Assembly: GCF_964355755.1 (NCBI RefSeq)
Contig: NC_092674.1
Span: 16,120,001-16,184,000, forward strand
Direction: 5' to 3'
DNA from: Antedon mediterranea
Taxonomy: Eukaryota > Animalia > Echinodermata
Length of the DNA: 64,000 bases
The translations under genes were made by a program, and so were the position numbers. Under the pieces are notes generated by a model, which saw only the letters and a list, made by a program, of their open reading frames with translations, was not told the origin of the DNA and did not search any database. The first letter of the stretch is position 1. Each line of letters starts with the position of its first letter. Of the stretch, positions 35,964 through 46,900 are shown one piece after another.

Positions 35964-37954
35964 TACCGTAGTACTATTTCTAATTCGGAAGTAAATAAAG
36001 GCATAAATGGCGCTCCGTAGAAGTAGATCGTCGAAATGACGCTCTGAAAAAAGGGAAAATACCTCCGATGATGGTGGTGGATGGGTGTCACGGTACGATG
36101 TGGAGCTAGAGAGAGGGAGGAGAGACGTCGTACGTGGATAAATTCAATTGTCTCGTTAAAAATCCCAGTTTTTGTACGACGCAACATCAATCAATGGTCT
36201 TTCTAGTACTGAAAGTTATATTAAGATATGAAGTTGCTAATGTCACAGACGGTGTCGGTTTCTAGTAGTACTAGCCTAGCCTAGGCCTAGTAGGCCTGGC
36301 CTGGTACTGGCCTACTACTAGGTCTAGGCCTACTACTACTAGGCTAGGCTAGGCCTGGCCCTAGGAGTACTAGGCCTAGGGTTAGGCCTAGCCTACTAGT
36401 AGTAGGCTAGGCCTATGCCTATCCCGAGGTAGTGCTACCCGAGGCCTAGTACCTTACTAAATGATTACCCTACTAAATACTACGGTTACTAGGGAGAGGG
36501 GCCTAGTACTAGGCCTAGCTAGGGAGCTAGCTAGGCCTACTACTAACTAGGCTAGGCCTAGTACTAGCCACCACTCTCTAGGCTACTATATTTTTATAGA
36601 CTAGGCCTAGGCCTAGCCCTAGTAGTAGTAGTACACTACAGTAGTTCGGCTATCCAGGGCCTAGCCTAGCTAAGCCTTGGCGGCTTTTTAGTTAGGTCTA
36701 AGTAAGAGTAAGACCACCCATCCCAATTTCCCAGCACAGATCGTCGTATTTTATATTAATAATTAGGCCTCATAAATACTTTTATGAAGAAGAATCACAT
36801 AAAAACTAACAAATAATCCTTTAAATTGATGATTTTACAGACGTATTTCTCGTACACTGTTCGTGAATTTCGCATACCGTACTCAAAGTTCAATATTTTG
36901 TTTTTATGGAGCGCCAAAAGAGCAACTATAATAGAGGGTTAAAAACTCTGTTGAATGCATCTACTTTTAATGCATTTATTATGGAAATAAATGTTTAATT
37001 TCAATATAATTTGTCAATAAAAATTCTGTAACATGTTACTGCTGATAATGTGCAGTTTTCAAAGAATATCGATCAATCAATATCAAGGATATAATTTCGA
37101 TCATTGAGTTATAAACACTACATGTTATAATGATAAATTTGTTGATTTTTATTCATTAAAAGTTAGCAAAAACCGTGTACAATATCAACAGTAACATTTT
37201 AGTTAGATTTTCGTGCTACAGAAGCCATCTTGCAGAGATGAAAAACAGTCGTGACCAGCCGAGCAGAAAAAACAAAAATAACATAGCGTTTTCAGTGGAT
37301 TTTAGGACACTATGTTGATTGAAAAATCGTACCTTCTGTACGGAGGGTTGTATGAGAACAAAAATTACTGTAAAATTTTTTTTAAAGATCGCCCTACATA
37401 ACTGTATGATTGAAAAAAAATGTTTTCACGGCATTTTAGTGTTTCTTCGATGGATTGGTGGCGAAAACATTTTTATAATTTACCAACCGATTTGAATCAC
37501 GACTGAAATGATTTGTTACCAACTAGGCTACCCTCTAGTCTACTACTACTGGTAAGCTAGTCTAGAATAGTCTGGAGACATTTCTTTTTTTTGGGTGATG
37601 GTAAAATGCATTAATTAAATTAATAAATCAACAACATAATTAATATCAAGTGATAAAATACAGTAAAAATGCTTGGTAAATTGTAGATCATGAAATAAGT
37701 CAATGAATCCTAAGCTACAAATATAGAAATATACTGTATCTAATAATATTGTGTATTTATGCATGTGGCTGAGGCGTTTATTGGAGGGCGAGTTTTTCCT
37801 AAAAGATGTTTTATGAGGGTTTGGGGCGTTTATTTGAAAACTGTAAATACAGTATGAACATTTTGTTAATTGCAGGAAATGGAAGCTACCTTTGTTGTAT
37901 GCTTATGAAAGGATCATGATAAAATTGTAATTCCGTTTAGAATCTACCTTTAGG

Positions 37955-40900
37955 ATGACATCTAAATTATTTTTAACACTCATTGGACAGCTGATGTTGG
38001 GGTTTGTATTTTCCAATAGTTTAAAGGTTAAGCCAGTTATAAAAGACCTGGCTAATCATGAATTAAAACTGTATAGAGGGCGCTCGTTCCTCGAAAAGCT
38101 TCAAGACAAAGGACATACAGCATGGCTGGAAAACTCTTGTGAAAATATTCTTGGACTTCTTTTAATGAAGAAAAAAGTGATAAAAAAACTGGATATTGCA
38201 ATTAGTGAAGTTAAACAAAATCAGGAAATTGAGGCACCAGAAAGGCAATTTCAAGTACATACCTTTGAGATATTTCAAAAAGAGTTAAATGAGAGTGAGA
38301 ATTCAATATTTATGGCAATTAATTCTTTGAAAAGAGACTTGGAAGGAGATTACAAAGACATAATTAACATAAAAGACAGTAGTCTTGAGAGACTTGAGGC
38401 ATTAAGAGAGGCAACTTTAAGAGAGGAACAAGAGTTTAATGACTTATTGGCAGCTGAGAAGCATCAAGTTGAATATCAATTGCATTTAAAACAACTAGGA
38501 AATAAATCTTTTGGAGACAATCGAACAAAAGTTGATTTTATCTTGGATGAGATTTTGGCAGAGGTTGCTATAGCAGCAGATAATCTGGAAAATCGTATTG
38601 AAGATCATGCATTTGATCAATCAAAGCAGGTAACACAATTTTTGTTTGATAATAAACTAATAATGATTGTATATCATAAAACACAATCCATACTTTCACT
38701 AGAGATTCATTTAAGGCCCTGTTCACACTGATCAAGTGTTTTATTTATTGTAGTATTGGTACATTTTGTTATAGTTTGCTATCACGGTATCATATTTTAA
38801 AAGGCAGTGGGAAAACAATTTAGGTCATGAATATGTAACAATAATAGTCATGAATGTCGGAACTTCCGTTCTGTGTCTGAATTTATCAATAATCAAATAT
38901 GCACTGTATCCATTTTAGTCACGTGTAACCCGACACTACAGCTCACTATGTTGGTCGGTAAAAACTTGAGCACATGACTGCAGCCATATACAGTATATAG
39001 CCTTGTTTACCATTGTTTTTAAATTAATTTGAAAGAATCAAGAGTTTGTTCCAAGAAAGGATGCAACAAAAGAAAAAAGTGACCTTGCAATCAGTGTGAA
39101 TATAGCCTAGTCCTGAATATTTCAAGCCAAATGTTTTCTCTCGGTGACCAACTACCAACTTTTCACTCCCAAATGTTGGCAGGTATCCAAAATGGCACCA
39201 AATTGGACCAGTAGGTCAGAAATAAACGAAGAATGAATTGCACTGTATACAGAATCATCAATCATAATATCAGAATTGGCACATTCAAAGTTTTCATTAT
39301 ATATCTGTAGGTACGAGGTGCTTTTATTGAAGCAGTTGTTCGTTTAGATGAGAATGGTAGAAATATGAATAATTCAAATACACGACACAATCATCAAGAT
39401 ATTATGAGTTTGTTGGTTGACACTAATAATAATCAGTATGTTTTAACTAAACCTAAAGATACAACAGTTCCCCATGAAGACCATCATTTCATTCAGGTAA
39501 ACAAATTACTTTGATGATTATTATTATTTGACATTTCAAGCACAATCTTGCCAGGAACAAGAAAAGGTTAATTGAAGTATTTTTAATGATTATATTTTTG
39601 TATGCCAAAGTTCAAAAAGATATTTATAAATTAAATCGGCAGTCCAAAAAAATGCCTTGCTTACAGTAAAAACTAGTTCGTGTCCGTGAACATAGATAGG
39701 CTTTGAAGAATATAAAAAGTATACCTGGCTAGCTACTCAACTGATTAGAGATAAAATAAACCATCTCGGCCAAAGTCAAGTCAAAGTGAACTCAACCACA
39801 AATTAATAGGTCAAATCGGCCCCAATAAAGTATAGAATGAAAAAGTTGCAAACAAAGAGCATGGGGAATATAGCTGTTCAAGAAGACTTTTAAATGAATA
39901 ATTTTAGACTAGGAACAAAAATAATAAAGAATAACTTTATACTACAATAAATAAATATTTATTATTTTTCTTATACGTATACCGAAGTTTATGTGAGACC
40001 ACGGTGACTTGAGTTGCCGTGGGGATGAGTTGAAACAACTTGACTTTGGCCGCGATGGTTTAGGGACGACATCCGACATCCTAACCTACAACAGATTATT
40101 TGCAAATTCAAGTTTTGACAAATTTTGTCAAAAGTCTTTAAAAACATCTTGTTTTTATATGTTTTCAAAATACTGTAACTTGCGTACATTTATGTTTCTG
40201 TTTACTAGGATATCATCATTCTTATGATAGTGGCATTTGTCTGTGGATGGCTCTGTAACTCAATTCATTTACCAGCAATGTTTGGCTATATTATGGCAGG
40301 TGTAATTCTTGGGTCTTCAGGATTTGGAGCTATCAAGGTACAGTAATTACAAAATAACTATTTAAAATATTTTTTAATTTTTGCCCACTTGTATTAAACA
40401 AAAGAAGAAACAATATTGCCATGCATCTAGTTTGGGAATCGAATGGCGAGGTACACACCTTTGGGAGGTGGAACTAAATCTACTGGCCAATTCAAAACTT
40501 TAAAAACTAAGCATCTCTATCTAAAGATAGGTTGCCATTCAAAATAATTTGTATTACAAAAATTTTTTATTTCACTCATTTTTAGCTGCCTAGTTTTGTT
40601 GGGTTGATAAATGACGAATTTAATTCCAATACTAAAATTGAAAAGTCACTATGGACAAGTTAGGATATCCACCGCGCAAATGTGCACGTCATACGTCAAA
40701 ATATTGCGCAACGAAAAAAGATTATGCCATTGTGACCTGAAGAAAATAAAATGTTGTTACTGTGCTCTCTATTTTGTGTCTAAGTATATATACAGTATAC
40801 ACTATATACTGTATATACTACATATAGTGTAGCATAGGTGAAATTACCCGCCTTTTATTCCAATTTCATCAAAATGAAAAACGAACATAGCAATTTTGGA

Positions 40901-43900
40901 AGGGAATTATCTGAGAAACAATTCAGTAATTCATGCATTTGAACATGATATCATCAAAATTTTAAAAATGGTAAATCATGCAAAAGATAATTAATTGACC
41001 TAGACAATATCAAAATCTGGGGGAAAATGGAATACGGATAAGTGGAGATGCGCTCAGATATGATCAGCTATGAAGACAAATATCCTATATTTCATATTCA
41101 AGTGGCCATACGATGATGTCACAATATCCGGTTAGCCATATATCTACAACTCATCACCTTCCAGAATGTGTAATAAAAATAATTTTCATAATTTTTTTTA
41201 AAATACATCATTTTGACAAATTTGTGAACGTTTTCATCAAAAACGTGCGTGAATTGTTTAATTTGAAGTTATCGTATGATGTGATCTTATATCGGAATGG
41301 TTTAAAATTTGGTAAACTTTCTGTGAAACATGCCATTTTTTTCATTACAAAGTTAGCGCATGATATAAATTACACTTTTGCTAAGTTTCAATTTACCTAT
41401 GTTAAATACGCAAATTTTATAAAATCGTGTGTAAGGTCACGTTGCGCAATTGTAAACGACATGAAAATGTTAGCTGCACAACCTCACGTGAATGACGATT
41501 TGTTGAGAAAATTACGAAATGTTATGTTTGCAAATTTTAGAGATACGAGAGACACAAAAATTACAGAAAAAATAAAGATCTTTGACAATCACATAACTGT
41601 TGCAGATAACCAATTTTATATAACACCTAAATAAATTCCTGTCATTTGATTGGACGAATGTGGGTCACATGGCGTGTAATAGTACGCACTATTAAACGAT
41701 CGTTTAATAGTACTTTTTTAAACATTTTGTGTACGGAAAAAAAGACGTTTCGCTGATGAAAACAAATTTAGAATACATCATATAATGATGGATTAATGGG
41801 TTTAATAAAGACGTATTTTTTCATTGAGCAAATAATAAAAATAATTCTTTACTCCATGGTTTTTAGGGCCTAAGCCTACGAGTATAAAATTAGGCCTAAG
41901 TACGATCGTTGTAGATTAATCCTAATCTTGGTTGTATTTTATATGTTTTCAAAAATAAAAAAATACTTCAAATACAATCAAAATGACGCGTCCTAAGAAA
42001 ACTGCACAAGACGACCTTTACTACGAGTCCGACTTTTCCGATTTAGATTTTGAATTAGAAGATTTAAGCTTTAATTCCGGTGACGAAGATGTGACAGACG
42101 AGTTTAATTGTGTTTGTAAAGAAAAAGATGATGCAGAAATGATAGGGTGCGAAAATCCCAAATGTTTGAAATGGTACCATTTTCGTTGCGTTGGAGTAAC
42201 ACAAGACTCTCTACCGAAGGGCCAATGGAAATGTTACGTTTGCACCGAATCCGCCATTTCTACAGATAATTTGCACACCCAAAAACTAAAAAAAGGTAAG
42301 CTTTTATGATTGTAAAAAAGTAATGAATTCAACTACAGTATTCTGTTTAGCAGACATATACAAAACTCTTCAAATGTTGATATAAAACTATTAATTAGGC
42401 TTATATATTTTATTTGGATTGCCTTTTATTTTACGTGTAAATGAAATAAACTAATAAAACGACAACAAATAAATCAAAAATTTAAAAAAAAAGTGTATTT
42501 AAGATTAATTTTAATGGCTAAAAACGTCTAGTATAATAAATGGGGTGGGAAAACATAAGTGGGATATAAGTTTAAGCATGCCGATTTCCACTAATGTTTT
42601 GTGAAGCCTATAATTTATTTTCTTTACATTTATTTAGGTAAAATGAAACGCCCCAAAAACGGGTATAGCGGGGACGAGGCATTGGAGTTTGCCAACGAAA
42701 ATTTACGAACGTCTGTATTGTCAATCAAATCACATCCGATGTTCAGTGGCTCGTTTCCTAACGCCGAAATAGCGCAAGAAATAGCGGCACAGATCTTAAC
42801 AGATAATATGTCAACATTTGCAGAATTCGCTCGGAAAACAACAAGAAAGTTGTGGACTGTGGTTACCAGCGGTGACAATACATTTTTAGGACCAGAAGCT
42901 AATGAATGCATGTTCAGGGAGTTGAATTCACTTATATCTAAGGATGAAGACATTTTTTAACATTGGAAAACATTATGTGGCAGAAAATGTAGAGTATCAG
43001 ATATACTTTACAGTTATGTGATGAGGACAATGTACGCCAATATTGTGGCTGAACGGAACTGAGTCGAGAAACCGACAGAAACGGATAACCAGGATGAAGA
43101 TCTACTGACTTCCAAAGACGAACAAGTTATACGGTATGTTGCTGGCTACATTTCATTCGCGTTGATTAAACGGTTTAAAGGCACTAAAGCCTCTTCTCTC
43201 TGCCATATGCTCTCATCGTGGAAGGAAGGGGATCCGAAGGAAGGAGTTGAACCTGACGGAGATAACTTCTATACGTATTCAAAAAAATGGATTGACAAGC
43301 AAAGTAGAGGGGGACTGTTTAAAGTCAACCATAATGTTTATATCTTCTTTAGGAGGGTAGAAGTTTTGACTAGACGAGTACTACATGTTTCGAAAATATT
43401 AACATTCAAATCATTAAGCATGAATGACGAGATAATAAACATTGTTATTAACGACGCTATGATACAACAGTTGTGGTGCGCACTTGTCGACGGAAAGCTC
43501 CACGGTGCACCCAGTACACACTTCCTGACGACGGTGATAAAATACTTCGTTAAAATCCGTTGTACTGCGTTTGTCCGAGTAAACATGTTGATACTAAGAA
43601 AAAAAGAAGAAACAAAAACAAATAAGTCAGAAAAGCCTCTTAGAAAAAGACTACCTAAAAAGACAAATACAAAGAAATGAAATTAATACGCACAATGATT
43701 TTACATAATACTAATAACAATTGAATATAGCACGACATAAATTAGCCAATGTATATTTGGTTTTTCCTTGGCGATAAAATGTTTTCATGTTTTTTTATAT
43801 ATTTTAATATTAGGCTATGATGATGATGTTTTTTTTTTATTTACCAGTTTAATAAAATAAGTACGATGTTATTAGTCTTACTTTACTTCTTTTTCTTGGC

Positions 43901-46900
43901 CAAAGGTGTTCCATCAAGCAAGTTAGAGACTGATTCACCCTCTCTTCTTGTATTTCCTCTTTTTGCAGCTTTGATGCAACGTCCAGTAGCATGTAAAATT
44001 AAATAACTGGGTGATATCTGGATTTGTATTTTGCCCTCCAGCACTGCGTTGTTTAGAAAAATACTGTTCTAACGGATCCTGGTTGAACTTACGACTCAAA
44101 ATAAATTCTACTCCCGGTATTTCAAGCAACAACTTAGAGAGCTCAACAAAAGATTTCACTGTCAGAATTAAAAAGAAAATTAATTTAAATATTTTTATTT
44201 GTACATATATATAAAAATATATATTGTTGTTGACACAATTCAGGCTGTTAACGGGTCACGAACTTAATTATAATTGTTCATACCTGTTATCCGTAAGCCA
44301 GTAAGTGTTTGTTCACTAAGCAGCGTTTTGCGTTTCCCGTTCCCACTGTAGGCTGATTTTCCCAGTCGTCGATGTATTTCAAAAACACGTCTGTCAGCCA
44401 CTGAGAATATAAAATTATCAAATAAATGTCTGAATGTAGGTAGGCTGGCTTATCATTCATGATTACCGTACATATTTGAAAAGCCATTTCTTTTATAACA
44501 TGAAATAAATTTACTGTACCTACTATAATACAATAATGAGCAAATATAACTGCACTTTGTTTTATTTGAATAAAAAACTAGACATTATGACGAGGACCTA
44601 CCGTAAAGCGTTCGTCATTGGAGCTGCGGTATGGGTTAAGATCTGGATTTCTTTTATTCCTACCCTCGTAAGAATTCTTAACGTTCAAGCAATCGAAAAA
44701 ACGATTGAACATCCTAACAAATTGTACCGTTGAGGAAAGCTCGTCATCACCAAGTAGCTCTAAAGCGTTAGCAACAGTGCTACTAAGTACCTGTGAGAAA
44801 ACGTGTTAAAAAGTATTAAATGTCAAATCAGGATAGTAGGGTCGGTTGTGACATATAGGTTCATTAACATAGCTTTTGATCTCAATACCTGTGCAGCAAG
44901 GTACACTCACATCCGCAATGATGGTGTCAAGTAGATATGCTCGTTCTTTAGTTTATGTAAAATTCTTAGTCCAGGAGATTTCTGTTCAAGACCTATATCA
45001 TGTTCGTAGATTTTTACCAGATGCGACCATTTGATTGGTTTTCCTTTGTTCTGTGGACAAAAGAAGATTATTATTATTTGTTCTACAAAAAATAATGTAT
45101 TTAACCGGTTTAGATACGGTAACGTATACGGTAACTTACCATTAGCTTTCTTGAAGTTCTGCTGGACCAAGACTTCTCCCAATTGTTTTGTGTTGTCTTT
45201 ATAAGGTGCGGGACATCCGAGAAGAAATATATATCTCTATCGCGTGCATACAGGTTGACAGTCTTGTATTGCAGTCGGTCGTCGTCAGTGCTGTGTATTT
45301 TGAAAAATTTTCTGCAATAACTGCACGGACTTTTAAGCTTAAGAATTCTAGAGCTTCAACAATATTCCAGATAATTGGAAATAGTTGGTCCCCTGTCATT
45401 GCTCGACATGGGTAATATGCAATGGGTAGTCGGTGACTCGTAAAGATGCCCATCACCATGATTACTAGGACATGCGTTGCGCATTCACTTTGATTTCGTC
45501 CTTCTACTGACATTCGGAACGCTTTGAGTTCTTCATTCAGTGCTCCCAGTTCTGTCATACCGTCGATTTCCCCGGTTTTGTGATTATAAACCATCCCGCT
45601 CTTGATGTTCATTTCATCAATAGCAATAACAACATTCTGTTGCCACGTGTTTAAAATATCGGGATTTATACCAGGTACAGCATCTGTAAAGTGCTTGTAC
45701 CTGCTGATAGTGTTTATGTGTGGTAACACAAGCATCCCACACTTCTTTAAAAATTGGTAAGCGGCAGGAGATTTGGTGTGTAGGGCCATGCATAAGCGCA
45801 TTATAGCTGGGTGCCATCTTATTCCTTTCTTGTTTTGTAACGCTACTGCCTGCAGTTGTTGTTCAAAAAGTAGTTTTTCTGGAGATCTGTCAGGAAAGTT
45901 CAACGAACATTTAGACTCATCTAGAATAGTGCAAAATGCATCGTTTTGTTTGTCGTTTAACTTCACAGATTCCTTGTTTAGCATTTCTGCGATTTCATTT
46001 GTTAGTGTCTTGTTCCTTGCTGTGAGACGTTTTTTATCTTTCTTCATGTTCTGTAATCTTTTTTTCTTTTCTTCTTCGGAAAGAACGGAAAACGTCAAAT
46101 GTGACGATGATTCTGTTTTTAAGAAGTTTTTCGTTCTCTTGCGTGCATACGCCGTCATCGCTCTAACAGTAACATTTACTCCATACACGCGACAAACTTT
46201 ACATTGGCGACCGGTTGCTACAAAAACTTCGCACTTAACATGGATGATAATGTCATCTTCAACATAGGCAATTTCTTTCCCATTTGTACCCTTAAAAGAA
46301 GTTTTCATTTTCAAAGGGGCTGGAATCAGGTTACCACCACATAAAGGCATAGATATGAGATCTAGAAAAGTGCTAATGTTTTCGGTTTCCAAAACTTCTG
46401 GTATATCTGAAAGAAAGGCGCAGTTTTTATGATCTATTTTTTTACCTCGTATAACAATTTCCCAGTTACCGTTGCTTTGAATAGAAACGCATCGCTTATT
46501 TTGTAAAATGGCTGAATCAAATTCAATTAAAATTAGGCGTTTTTCTTCCTTTACTACAATGTAGCCTCGTTTTATGGATTCAATCTCCAGAACATCGCGG
46601 TTTAATGCAGCAGGACCACAAATTAAGCAATCAGAAGACGAATGTGCAATAAACGGCTTAACCTCAATTGAAACTGTTACGTGCATCTTTTTCTTTGCCC
46701 TATCACGCCAACTTCGCAATTTTCGTTCACATTTTGAGCATATATAAGGAGGGTGTACACTTTCGTCATCGTTGCTAACATCAATATTCAGCCATTTTGT
46801 GATAAGTTCACTGTATTACTCCTTTCTGAAAGGTAATGAACGATTTCGATGTTCCTCAGTCGTACCGTTACATTGACATAGCCGGCAAATATTTGCCAGA

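Noticed and set aside
41113-41634. 173-aa ORF
   Set aside because: It lies in a dispersed non-coding Helitron-like repeat, has no recognisable motif, and the related copies show no matching long ORF.
41776-41792. CATCAT... terminus resembling an adenovirus ITR
   Set aside because: Only a 6-nt resemblance, with no pPolB, capsid or terminal-protein genes between the repeats.
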